DNA from: an uncultured Chloroflexia bacterium
Lineage (GTDB): Bacteria; Chloroflexota; Limnocylindria; Limnocylindrales; CSP1-4
Direction of reading: 5' to 3'
DNA length: 64,000 nucleotides
Assembly (NCBI GenBank): GCA_963712745.1
Contig: CAVQJC010000020.1
Coordinates: 224,001-288,000, forward strand
This document shows, piece after piece, positions 29,748 to 38,858 of this stretch (positions within the stretch are counted from its first letter, which is position 1; every line of letters begins with the position of its first letter). Both the position numbers and the translations under genes were made by a program. The notes beneath the pieces were generated by a model, which saw nothing but the letters and a program-made list of their open reading frames with translations, ran no database searches and had not been told where the DNA came from.

Positions 29748-30764
29748 TCACCTGACCGGTGCTCCCGCCTCGATGGCGTCGGTGCGGATGCAGGCGACCG
29801 CGCCCTGACCGTCGACGACCTCCAGCCGCGGGTCGACCTCGGCGCACGCGTCGATGGCCCAGGGACAGCGCGTGCGGAAGCGGCAGCCTGCCGGTGGCGA
29901 GATGGGGCTGGGGATGTCGACCTCGAGCAGCAGCGGCTCGCGTGCTCGCCCCCCGGGTTCGGCCGATGGGATGGCCGATAGGAGCGCCTTGGTGTACGGG
30001 TGTCTCGGCGAGCGGTAGAGCGAGTCTCGAGTAGCCGTCTCCACGATGCGGCCGAGGTACATCACCAGCACCTGGTGGCTCATGTACTCCACGGCTGCGA
30101 GGTCGTGAGCGATGAACAGGTAGGTCAGGCCCAGCTCGCGCTGCAGGCGGCGCAGCAGGTTCATGATCTGCGATTGCACCGAGACATCGAGCGAGGAGAC
30201 CGGCTCGTCGAGGATGATCAGCTCCGGCTCACACGCCAGCGCCCGGGCGATGCCGACGCGTTGGCGCTGGCCGCCCGACAGCTCATGGGGATAGCGGTCG
30301 GCGAAGCGGGCGCTCAGGCCGACCAGGTCCAGCAGCTCCTCGACGCGCGTCCGACGAGCACCCGATCCCCTGTGCAAGCCGTGGATCTCGAGCGGCTCGC
30401 GCACGCTGGCACCCACCGATCGGCGCGGGTTCAACGAGGCATTGGGATCCTGGAAGACCATCGTGGTCTTGGTGCGCAGTCGGCGCAGGCTGGCGCGGCT
30501 GAAGTCGACCTCCTCGCCGTCGAGTCGGACGCGTCCGCCCGTCGGCCGCACCAGGCCCAGCAGGGACAGTCCGATGGTGGACTTGCCGCTGCCCGACTCA
30601 CCCACCAACCCCAGGGTCTGACCGCACTCGATGGTGAACGAGACGCCGTCCACCGCGCGCACGAAGGCCTGCGTCCGGCCCAACGACCCCCCGCCGACGG
30701 GGAAGTGGACCTGCAGATCGATGGCCTCCAGCAGCAGGGTGCCGGAACCGGGCACGCTCGTCAT
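29748..30764 (-). CDS. oligopeptide/dipeptide ABC ATPase (OppF/DppF type), orphan
   Basis: GESGSGKS, FQDP, LSGGQRQR, ILDEP, IAHDL, HPYT, GCRFRTRC. Confidence 0.92.
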   Translation of the reverse strand: MTSVPGSGTLLLEAIDLQVHFPVGGGSLGRTQAFVRAVDGVSFTIECGQTLGLVGESGSGKSTIGLSLLGLVRPTGGRVRLDGEEVDFSRASLRRLRTKTTMVFQDPNASLNPRRSVGASVREPLEIHGLHRGSGARRTRVEELLDLVGLSARFADRYPHELSGGQRQRVGIARALACEPELIILDEPVSSLDVSVQSQIMNLLRRLQRELGLTYLFIAHDLAAVEYMSHQVLVMYLGRIVETATRDSLYRSPRHPYTKALLSAIPSAEPGGRAREPLLLEVDIPSPISPPAGCRFRTRCPWAIDACAEVDPRLEVVDGQGAVACIRTDAIEAGAPVR

Positions 30765-30849
30765 GCTGCGCCCCCTCCCGGCTCCCGCGCTGGGATCGAG
30801 TAGAACGAGCGCACGAAGTGGCCGGGAGCGACTTTCGGCGTTCAATCTA

Positions 30850-31761
30850 GTGACGTACTCGATCGTCGCGCGCGACCCCCGCAGCGGAGAGATCGGTGTT
30901 GCCGTCGCCACCGCCTGGCCCGGTGCAGGCGCGGTCGTGCCCTGGCTGGAACCAGGCGTGGGCGCCGTGGCCACGCAGTCGTTCACCAACATCGACCTGG
31001 GGCCCCGCGGCCTGGCCCTGCTCCGCGGCGGGCGCCCCGCCCCGGACGCATTGACCGAGCTCCTCAGGGCCGACCGGGGCCGGGACATGCGCCAGGTCGG
31101 ACTGGTCGACGCGACCGGACGCTCGGCGGCTCATACGGGGGATCGCTGCGTGGCCGAGGCGGGCCACGTCTGCGCAGCGGGGGTCAGCGTCCAGGCCAAC
31201 ATGCTCGAACGCGCAGATGTCTGGCTGGCCATGCTGGATACGTTCGGTCGTGCCCGCGGCGACCTGGCCGACCGGCTCGCGGCCACGCTTCACGCCGCTG
31301 AACAGGTCGGCGGTGACATCCGCGGCAGCCGGTCGGCGGCATTGCTGGTCGCGCCCGGCGCAGCCACGGAGCAACCGTGGGCTCGCCGCTTCGACCTGCG
31401 CGTGGAGGCGGCCGACCGGCCGCTCGAGGTAATCGGCCGCTTTCTGCGAGTCGCCCGCGCATACGAGGCTCTGGCGTCCGCCAGCGAGGCAGCAGAGGCG
31501 GGTGAACTCGCGGCCGCGCTCGAATACACCTCGGCGGCCCATGAGCTGGCACCGGACGAGGCCCAAGTCGGCTACTGGCACGCCCTGGCCCTGGTCGCGA
31601 ATGGGAGGCCGGACGAGGCCGGGCCCCTGCTGGATGCCGCGCTGGACTCCGAACCTCGACTCGCGGAGTTCGGGCGCCGCTTCACCGAGGCCGGCCATGG
31701 CGGAGCGCTGGCCTCGGCCATGGCCGCGGTGCGTCGGCGGACCCCACCCGCGCGCGAGTAG
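30850..31761 (+). CDS. DUF1028 (Ntn-hydrolase-like) protein with TPR-like C-terminus
   Basis: N-terminal TYSIVARD, GAVATQS, RQVGLVD, QANML, GGDIRG..SAAL, DLRV. Confidence 0.85.
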   Translation: MTYSIVARDPRSGEIGVAVATAWPGAGAVVPWLEPGVGAVATQSFTNIDLGPRGLALLRGGRPAPDALTELLRADRGRDMRQVGLVDATGRSAAHTGDRCVAEAGHVCAAGVSVQANMLERADVWLAMLDTFGRARGDLADRLAATLHAAEQVGGDIRGSRSAALLVAPGAATEQPWARRFDLRVEAADRPLEVIGRFLRVARAYEALASASEAAEAGELAAALEYTSAAHELAPDEAQVGYWHALALVANGRPDEAGPLLDAALDSEPRLAEFGRRFTEAGHGGALASAMAAVRRRTPPARE

Positions 31762-31816
31762 CCTCCCCACGCTCGGACCCACGGCGCCGGAAGGAGAGCC
31801 GTATGCTCGAGCCGAG

Positions 31817-33082
31817 ATGGACTCGATCACGGTTTCCGCTGCCGCGGCGCGTCGCTTCCTCGTGCAGCGCCACCTCCTCGCGCCGGCGCGTTCGCAGCCG
31901 CCCGGGCTCGACGGCGTGCGCGCGGTCTTCGACCGCCTGGGCTCGATCCAGTTCGACCCGCTGGCGGTGGCCGGCCGCAACCACGACCTCGTGCTCCACG
32001 CTCGCGTCCGCGACTACGACCCGGCCTGGGCGAACGAGATGCTCTACGAGCGTCGCGAGCTTTTCGAGGCCTACAACAAGGGCCTCTCCCTGCTGCTCAC
32101 CAGCGAACTGCCGTGGCATCGTCACACCTGGGACAAGTTCAAGGGACGCCACGAGGGTGGCACTTTCACCCGCTACGAGGGCACGGTCGAGCACGTCCTC
32201 GACCGCATCCGTGTAGAGGGACCGCTGTGTTCGCTCGACTTCGCGCGCAAGGCCGCCATCGACTGGTACTGGGGGCCGACCAGCGAGGTCCGGGCCGTGC
32301 TCGAAGCGCTCTCGGAGGCCGGCATCATCGGGCTCGCCTATCGGGAGGGCAATCGGCGCTACTACGACCTCATCGAGCGCCTCCATCCCCCCGCACTGCT
32401 GGGCGAGGAACGGCCGGACCGGGAGCAACGTCGCCATCGGCTGCTCTCTCGCTACCGCGCCCACGGCCTGCTCGGCGAGGGTGGCCGATCGGAGCTGTGG
32501 TACGGCATCGGCCCGGCGCGAGCGTCGAAGGACACGCCACCCGGCACTGTCACCCGCACCGAGCTGTGCGCGGACCTGGTAGCTACGGGCGAGCTCGTGC
32601 CGGTCGCCGTGGACGGCGTGCGCGGCACGCGCTACGTGCTTCACGATGAGGCGGCGGCCCTCGCGGCGGCCGCGGAGGAGATCGCAACGGGGAGGCCGTT
32701 TGCCGACCCGAGCGCGGTCTTGCTCGCACCGCTCGACCCGCTGGCCTGGGACCGGGACTTGCTGCGCAGCCTCTTCGACTTCGACTACGTGTGGGAGGTG
32801 TACGTGCCGCAGGCGAAGCGGCGCTGGGGTTACTACGTCCTGCCGCTGCTGTGGGGCGACCGCTTCGTCGGTCGCATCGAGCCGCGTATCGATCGCGACA
32901 CCGGGACCATCCGCGTGCTCGGCATCTGGTGGGAGAACGGGTTCTCCCCTCGCGGGGCCGCCTTCGTCGAGGCCATGCGCGAGGCGCTTGCAGCGTACGC
33001 GCGTTTCGGCCACGCTGAGCGCATCGACTGGGGCGGCCTGAGTGGAGCCAGGAGACTGTTCGGGGTGCGCCCCAGGGGTTGA
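31817..33082 (+). CDS. YcaQ/AlkZ-like (HTH_42) crosslink-repair DNA glycosylase
   Basis: QFDP..VAGRNH.L.L..R (QxD motif), LLAPLDPL.WDR...LFDFDYVWEVY.P..KRRWGYYVLP. Confidence 0.88.
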   Translation: MDSITVSAAAARRFLVQRHLLAPARSQPPGLDGVRAVFDRLGSIQFDPLAVAGRNHDLVLHARVRDYDPAWANEMLYERRELFEAYNKGLSLLLTSELPWHRHTWDKFKGRHEGGTFTRYEGTVEHVLDRIRVEGPLCSLDFARKAAIDWYWGPTSEVRAVLEALSEAGIIGLAYREGNRRYYDLIERLHPPALLGEERPDREQRRHRLLSRYRAHGLLGEGGRSELWYGIGPARASKDTPPGTVTRTELCADLVATGELVPVAVDGVRGTRYVLHDEAAALAAAAEEIATGRPFADPSAVLLAPLDPLAWDRDLLRSLFDFDYVWEVYVPQAKRRWGYYVLPLLWGDRFVGRIEPRIDRDTGTIRVLGIWWENGFSPRGAAFVEAMREALAAYARFGHAERIDWGGLSGARRLFGVRPRG

Positions 33083-33107
33083 CGCCGACCCGGCCGACGG
33101 CTAGAGT
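33079..33107 (+). promoter_or_regulatory. near-consensus sigma70 promoter with no downstream + strand gene
   Basis: TTGACG (33079-33084), 17-nt spacer, TAGAGT (33102-33107). Confidence 0.65.
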
Positions 33108-33112
33108 CCGTA

Positions 33113-33305
33113 GGTAGTACGTAGTTTTGCAGTACGTATCGAGGGGCGGACGCCTTCTCCCCTCTCTGAGGACGTCTGAGCCGTGCAGACGTCCGGACCG
33201 AGGCCGGGACCTGACCTCCCGACGCTGCACAGGCGCCGTTCCGCGAGCGATTCGCGAACGGCGCCTCGGTCCGTCCGGGGCTCGGTCCAGCGCGTTCCGC
33301 CTGCC
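33113..33305 (+). ncRNA. candidate structured small RNA
   Basis: Follows the promoter in an intergenic gap between convergent genes. Several helices: GAGGGG/CCCCTC, GGACGTCTG/CAGACGTCC, CGGACCGAGGC/GCCTCGGTCCG, AGGCGCCGTT/AACGGCGCCT. Confidence 0.45.
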
Positions 33306-33331
33306 TGCGCAGCGACCCACACGGCCGGTGC

Positions 33332-34120
33332 CTACTTGAGCAGCAAGCCGCGCAGTCGCCGTGCGGTGATGGCCACCCCCACCAGGCCCATGATCGAGAG
33401 GTAGGCGATGTCGACCAGCACCATCGGCCCGATCTCGCCCGTCGAGAAGCTGCGCAGCATGTGCACGCCGCGATAGAGAGGGGTGAACTCCACGATCGTC
33501 TCCAGCCAGTCGGGATAGACGGAGATGGGGAAGAACGTGCCGCTGAACAGGAACAGCGGCATGCTCACGACCGTCACGAGATCGAAATCCTGCCACTTGC
33601 GCATGAAGGTGGTGGCGGCCATGCCGACCGCTGCCGCCGCGAGGCCGATGAGCAGCGCGCCCGGGACCATGAGGATGCCCCAGGGGGACAGGACCAGGCC
33701 CAGCAGCAGCATCACCAGCAGGAAGGCGAGGGCGTAGAGCAGGCCGCGTGTCAGGGCCCAGCTGACCTCGCCGATGGCGATGTCCGAGGGCCCCAGCGGC
33801 GTGGAGAGGATGGCGTCGAACGTCTTGGCGTACTTCAGCTTGAAGAAGAGGTTGAAGGTCGACTCGAAGAGCGCGCCGTTCATGGCCGCGGTGGCCATCA
33901 GGCCCGGTGCCACGAAGGCCGCGTAGGGGATGTCGCCGACGCCGCCGACCAGCGTGCCCAGGCCGAAGCCGATGCCCAGCAGGTAGAAGATGGGCTCGAA
34001 GAAGCCGGACACGATGATGGTCCAGTTGCGCCGGTACACGAGCACGTCACGCTCGAGCACCTTGTGGGCACGTGAGCGGCCGAGGGCGCGAGTAGGGAAG
34101 AAGCGGGTGGTGATCAGCAA
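33332..34120 (-). CDS. ABC-2 exporter permease (NodJ-like)
   Basis: EPIFYL, FVAPGL, PLFLFSGTFFP, PLYRGV. Confidence 0.92.
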   Translation of the reverse strand: MLITTRFFPTRALGRSRAHKVLERDVLVYRRNWTIIVSGFFEPIFYLLGIGFGLGTLVGGVGDIPYAAFVAPGLMATAAMNGALFESTFNLFFKLKYAKTFDAILSTPLGPSDIAIGEVSWALTRGLLYALAFLLVMLLLGLVLSPWGILMVPGALLIGLAAAAVGMAATTFMRKWQDFDLVTVVSMPLFLFSGTFFPISVYPDWLETIVEFTPLYRGVHMLRSFSTGEIGPMVLVDIAYLSIMGLVGVAITARRLRGLLLK

Positions 34121-34124
34121 GGCG

Positions 34125-34913
34125 CTACTCCGCCAGCTTCTGCTGGAAGGTCCGGTACGAGACCAGCAGTCCGACCACGGCCAGCGACATCAGGTAGGTC
34201 ACGTTCACCACGGCCAGCGCCGGGTCCAACATGTCGAGGGCGATGCCGCGCGCCAGCGCCACGGCGTGCCACAGCGGCGTCAGCACGGCCACGATCTGCA
34301 GCAGGTCGGGCAGCTGGCTGATAGGGAAGAACGTGCCACTGAAGATGAACATGGGCATGATCACGAAACGGAAGAGCGCGGCGAACGGGGCGTCGTTCTT
34401 CTGTGCCGCAGCGAACGCCTGGATCGGCGCTGCGAACGCCAGTCCCGTGAGGACGGCCACGGGCAGCATGGCGATGGCGCGCGCGACGTCGGTGGCACCG
34501 AAGACCACCATCACCGCGAGGAAGACGATGGCTCCGAACGTGAGGCGCACGGCCACCCACGCCAGCTGCCCTGTCGCCACGTGGCGAGCATCGAGCGGCG
34601 AGAGGATCATGGCCACGTACGTCTTGAGCCAGCGGATGCCGGCCATCACCGGGTAGGTGGACTCGAAGGTGGCCGTGTTCATGGCCGTGGCCACGAGGAT
34701 GCCGGGCGCCAGGAACATGACGTAGCTGACGCCCTCGATGCCGGCCGGATTGGAGTCATCGACGAATGAGCCCAGGCCGACGCCGATGGCGGCCAGGAAG
34801 AGGATGGGGTTAAGGAAGGTGGAGAAGACAGTGCCGCGCCAGGTACGGCGGTACACGAAGGCGTGGTGCTCCACGACTCGCAGCACGCTTCGCAGCGCGG
34901 CGCGCGCGTTCAC
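34125..34913 (-). CDS. ABC-2 exporter permease
   Basis: FLAPG, PMFIFSGTFFPI, PLWHAVALAR. Confidence 0.92.
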   Translation of the reverse strand: MNARAALRSVLRVVEHHAFVYRRTWRGTVFSTFLNPILFLAAIGVGLGSFVDDSNPAGIEGVSYVMFLAPGILVATAMNTATFESTYPVMAGIRWLKTYVAMILSPLDARHVATGQLAWVAVRLTFGAIVFLAVMVVFGATDVARAIAMLPVAVLTGLAFAAPIQAFAAAQKNDAPFAALFRFVIMPMFIFSGTFFPISQLPDLLQIVAVLTPLWHAVALARGIALDMLDPALAVVNVTYLMSLAVVGLLVSYRTFQQKLAE

Positions 34914-35848
34914 TCGATGAGCCGCCGGCCGGTGAGGCGCAGGAAGACGTCCTCCAGCGAAGAGCGGCGCACGAGCTGGCTGGCGGGACGGATGCCGTCC
35001 GCATGGAGGGCCTCGGCCGCAGCCTCGCCATCGTCGGTGTAGAGGAGGACGCGGTCGGGCAGCTGTTCGGTGCGCTCGATGAGGTCGCCGGCCCTGCCCT
35101 CCAGGTCCGGCGTCTTGAGGTCATCGAATCGCAGCTCCAGCACCTCGCGGCTGGCGTACTCGTCGATGAGCGACTTGGGCGAGCCTTCGGCCACGATGCG
35201 GGCCTTGTCCATGACCACGAGGCGGTCACAGAGCTGCTCCGCCTCGTCCATGTAGTGGGTCGTGAGGATGAGCGTGACGCCCTGCTTCTTGAGCTGGTAG
35301 AGACGCTCCCAGACCATGTGCCGCGCCTGGGGGTCAAGGCCCGTGGTGGGCTCGTCGAGGAGCATCATCTCGGGCTCGTTGATGAGGCCGCGGGCGATGG
35401 TAAGGCGGCGCTTCATGCCGCCCGAGAGCGGTTCCACCTCGGAGTCGGCCTTCTCGGTCAGCTGCACGAACTCGAGCAGCTCCTCGGCGCGACGGCGGCA
35501 CTCCCTGTAGGAGAGGTCGAAGTAGCGCCCGTAGATGATGAGGTTCTCCATGACCGTCAGCTCCAGGTCGAGCGTGTCGGCCTGGGGCACCACGCCGAGG
35601 CGACGGCGGATGGCCGAGCCCTCCGACCCGGGGTCCATCCCGAGCACGCTGAGCTCTCCCGCGGTGACGGGCGAGATACAGCCGATCATGCGCATGGTGC
35701 TGGTCTTGCCGGCCCCGTTGGGGCCGAGGAAGCCGAAGGCCTCGCCCGCCTGGACGTCGAACTCGACGGCATCGACGGCGGTGAAGCTACCGAAGCGCTT
35801 GGTCAGGCCGCGGGCATGGACGAGCGCGGCGGGAGACGTGGCGGACAC
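34910..35848 (-). CDS. ABC exporter ATP-binding subunit (NodI/DrrA-like)
   Basis: [42 protein letters not shown]. Confidence 0.95.
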   Translation of the reverse strand: MSATSPAALVHARGLTKRFGSFTAVDAVEFDVQAGEAFGFLGPNGAGKTSTMRMIGCISPVTAGELSVLGMDPGSEGSAIRRRLGVVPQADTLDLELTVMENLIIYGRYFDLSYRECRRRAEELLEFVQLTEKADSEVEPLSGGMKRRLTIARGLINEPEMMLLDEPTTGLDPQARHMVWERLYQLKKQGVTLILTTHYMDEAEQLCDRLVVMDKARIVAEGSPKSLIDEYASREVLELRFDDLKTPDLEGRAGDLIERTEQLPDRVLLYTDDGEAAAEALHADGIRPASQLVRRSSLEDVFLRLTGRRLIE

Positions 35849-35908
35849 GTTCCGATGGTAGCCCACGCTACGCTCGAGCTGGGCGCGGGCAGCGGATGCG
35901 CCAGTGGG

Positions 35909-36625
35909 TCAGTCGGACGCGCCGGGCACGAGGCCGATGTGCAGTACCACGATGCCTCCCGACAGGCCCGTCCACTCGACCTCGACGAGCCCGGCCTGGC
36001 GCATGATCTCGGCGATGCGCTCGGGGCCGGGGTAGTCCTTCGTTGACTGCACCAGGTAGGCATAGGCGTCGCCTTGGCCGACGAGCCGGCCGATGAGCGG
36101 GACGATGTTGTCGAACCAGCGGCCGATGAGCTTGCCGACCCGGCTGCTGGGACGGGTGATCTCCAGGCAGGCGACCACTCCGCCCGGCCGCACCGCCCGG
36201 GCCATCTCGGCGAAGCCGCGCCCGTAGTCGGCGAGATTGCGCATGCCGAACGCGATGGTGGCCGCGTCGAAAGCGTCGTCGTCGACCGGCAGCGCCAGCG
36301 CGTCGCCCTGGCGGAACGTGAGACCGGGCGCATCCTGTCCTTGTCGCTTCGAAGCGACCTCGATCATGCCCGCGCTGAAGTCGATCCCCAGCGCCTCGCC
36401 GCCCGGCTGTGCGGCCCGCCACAGGTCGGTCGTGACCTTGCCGCTTCCGCAAGCGACATCGAGAGCCCGCCCGCCGGGGCCGATGCGCGAGGCCTTCACC
36501 AGCTGCCGGCGCCAGCGAGGCTCCTGGAATCCGCTGATGGCCAGGTTCATGCCGTCGTAGACACCGGAGATGCGGTCGAACATCTGCTCGACCCGCTGAG
36601 GGGGAGCGCTGTTGCCTTGGCTCAT
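35909..36625 (-). CDS. menG: demethylmenaquinone methyltransferase
   Basis: MFDRI...YD..N, LDVACGSG, AFGMRN, AYAYL..S; lies in the men operon. Confidence 0.93.
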   Translation of the reverse strand: MSQGNSAPPQRVEQMFDRISGVYDGMNLAISGFQEPRWRRQLVKASRIGPGGRALDVACGSGKVTTDLWRAAQPGGEALGIDFSAGMIEVASKRQGQDAPGLTFRQGDALALPVDDDAFDAATIAFGMRNLADYGRGFAEMARAVRPGGVVACLEITRPSSRVGKLIGRWFDNIVPLIGRLVGQGDAYAYLVQSTKDYPGPERIAEIMRQAGLVEVEWTGLSGGIVVLHIGLVPGASD

Positions 36626-37386
36626 CGCTCGAGCAACTCCTCGATGGAGGCGGCGACGGCCTCGGGTCGCAGCACGGGCGCCATGTGGTCGAGCCCTTCG
36701 AGGCGGGCGTGTTCGGCACCGTCGATACGAGTGACCAGCGCGGCGGCGATCTGGGCATAGAGGGCCGCGCTGGCGGTGCCGGTGGCGACGCGTACTGGGC
36801 AGTCGATGCGAGCGAGGCCGAGGGGGTCCATGCCCAGAAGGGTCGCATCCGCGACCGCACCCTGCCCGGCGCGCCCGATGCGCTCCCGCGCGGCCGGGCT
36901 CAGGGAGGCCACAGCGGCCGCGCCCGCAACGCCTTCCATGAAGGCGAGAGCAGCGCCCGGGAGGTCGCCATCGTCCCTCAGAGCGAGGGTGTGCCCGGCA
37001 ACCTGGGCCATGCCCGCCTGTGCCTTGGCCGAGGCCAGCGGGCCATACGGCGGCTCGTAGGCGAAGACGGCGCCGATCAGGCCCGGCTCGCGCGCGGCCA
37101 GCTCGAGCGCGACACAGCCACCGTAGCTGTGCCCGGCCACGGCGGCTCGGACCAGCCGCTCGCGCTCCGCGATGGCAACGAGGTCAGCCACGTGGACGGC
37201 GACGTCGATGGGCTCCGCCGGTCCGTCGACGGGGCTCCGTCCGCTACCGCGGCGGTCGACGCTGATGACGGTGTGGCGCCCGGCCAGTCTCGAGGCCAGG
37301 CCCCGCAGCTGGCGCCCCGAGCTGAGCGTGGCGTGCAGCAGGAGCAGCGGAGGGCCCTGGCCCAGCCGCGTGTAGTACGGGATCAT
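36622..37386 (-). CDS. alpha/beta hydrolase embedded in the men operon
   Basis: LLLLH, DRRGSG, nucleophile elbow GHSYG, C-terminal DHMAP; ATGA overlaps on both sides. Confidence 0.88.
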   Translation of the reverse strand: MIPYYTRLGQGPPLLLLHATLSSGRQLRGLASRLAGRHTVISVDRRGSGRSPVDGPAEPIDVAVHVADLVAIAERERLVRAAVAGHSYGGCVALELAAREPGLIGAVFAYEPPYGPLASAKAQAGMAQVAGHTLALRDDGDLPGAALAFMEGVAGAAAVASLSPAARERIGRAGQGAVADATLLGMDPLGLARIDCPVRVATGTASAALYAQIAAALVTRIDGAEHARLEGLDHMAPVLRPEAVAASIEELLER

Positions 37387-38858
37387 GCGGTGTCATCGCC
37401 GAAGGCGCGGCGGAGGTCCCGGCGGAGGACCTTGCCGAGGGCGTTCCGGGGCAGCGCCTCCAGCCGCTGGAAGCGGACCGGCACCTTGTAGTCGGCCAGC
37501 CGCGCGCGACAGTGGATTGTGAGCTCGTCGTCGCCGGGCCCGGGCGGCACGGCGACGACGATGGCCGCCGCCGGCACGGCACCCCAGCGCTCATGGGCCA
37601 GGCCGACCACCGCGACGTCCGCGATGCCGGGATGGGCCCGGAGCACGGACTCCACCTCGACCGGGGACACGTTCTCGCCGCCAGAGATGATGAGATCGTC
37701 GCGCCGGTCCAGGACGCGCAGCAGGCCGTCCCCGTCGAGCGTGCCGATGTCCCCGGTACGCAGCCAGCCGTCCTGCAGCCTCGCCGCCGTGGCCGCGTCG
37801 TCGCCGGCGTAGCCTGAGAACACCATCTCCCCGCGCACCAGGATCTCGCCGCTCCCGTCGGCCGCCCCGTCGGGCTCGACGCGCACCGCCACGCCCGGCA
37901 GAGGCCGGGCGGCCAGCGGGTCGGCGAGCGTGGCCACGTCGGCACCACCGGCTGCGATGCCTGAGCCGGTCTCCGTCATGCCGTAGGTGGTGAGCACCGG
38001 GTATCCGGCGGCCCGCGCCCCCGACAGGAGGTCGGCGGGGATGGGTCCGCCGCCGAGCAGCATGGCCCGCAGTGTCCCGGGTACCGGCCGGGCCTCGCGC
38101 ACCGCCAGCAGCTGGGTCAACTGGGCCGGCACCAGTGAGAGGTGGCTGACACCGTCATCGAGCGCGTCGCTCACGGCCGCGGCATCGAACGTCGGGTGGA
38201 GGTCCAGGGGAGCACCCCAGCGGGTCGCGCGCGTGACGATGGCCAGGCCGGCGACGTGGAAGAGCGGCAGGCAGGCCAGCCAGCGGTCACCCGGCCGTGG
38301 CCGCAGGAAGCCGGCCCAGGCATGGGCGCTGGCGCGGTGGTTGTCGTAGCTGAGGATGGCGGCCCTGGGCTCGCCGCTCGTGCCGGAGGTGAAAACGATG
38401 GTGGCCGCCGCTTCGAGGTCGATCTCGCCCCGGAGTACCGGCGGGGGCCCACAGGGTGCGCCGGCCAGGAGCGCCTCGATGCGCTGGCCGGCCAGGCCCT
38501 CGGGCGCGCCGTCGCGGGCCTGCCCGGCGTGGGCGGCGTCGAACAGCAGCGTATCGACCCCGACCCGCTCGAGCTGAGCGCGCAGCTCGGCCGACGCGGC
38601 GCGTCGGTTCAGCGGCACGTGCACCGCACCGAGCCGGCGGGTGGCGTGGATGAGTGCCACGGCCGGAGCGTCGTCCGCAAGCAGGCAGGCGACGCGACTC
38701 CCCTGCCCCACGCCCTCGGCTGCCAGCGCCGTGGCCAGGCCGTCAGCTGCTCGCAGCAGCTCCTCGCGCGTCCAGGTGGCTGAAGGGCTGCGCAGCGCCG
38801 GCGCCGTAGGGTCCTGGCGGACGCGCTCCAGCAGCGGGTCGGGGACCAGGCGACTCAC
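37383..38858 (-). CDS. menE: o-succinylbenzoate-CoA ligase
   Basis: FTSGTSG, WLACLPLFHVAGL, LLGGGP, YGMTET, RRDDLIISGGEN, WG, PRNALGK. Confidence 0.93.
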   Translation of the reverse strand: MSRLVPDPLLERVRQDPTAPALRSPSATWTREELLRAADGLATALAAEGVGQGSRVACLLADDAPAVALIHATRRLGAVHVPLNRRAASAELRAQLERVGVDTLLFDAAHAGQARDGAPEGLAGQRIEALLAGAPCGPPPVLRGEIDLEAAATIVFTSGTSGEPRAAILSYDNHRASAHAWAGFLRPRPGDRWLACLPLFHVAGLAIVTRATRWGAPLDLHPTFDAAAVSDALDDGVSHLSLVPAQLTQLLAVREARPVPGTLRAMLLGGGPIPADLLSGARAAGYPVLTTYGMTETGSGIAAGGADVATLADPLAARPLPGVAVRVEPDGAADGSGEILVRGEMVFSGYAGDDAATAARLQDGWLRTGDIGTLDGDGLLRVLDRRDDLIISGGENVSPVEVESVLRAHPGIADVAVVGLAHERWGAVPAAAIVVAVPPGPGDDELTIHCRARLADYKVPVRFQRLEALPRNALGKVLRRDLRRAFGDDTA

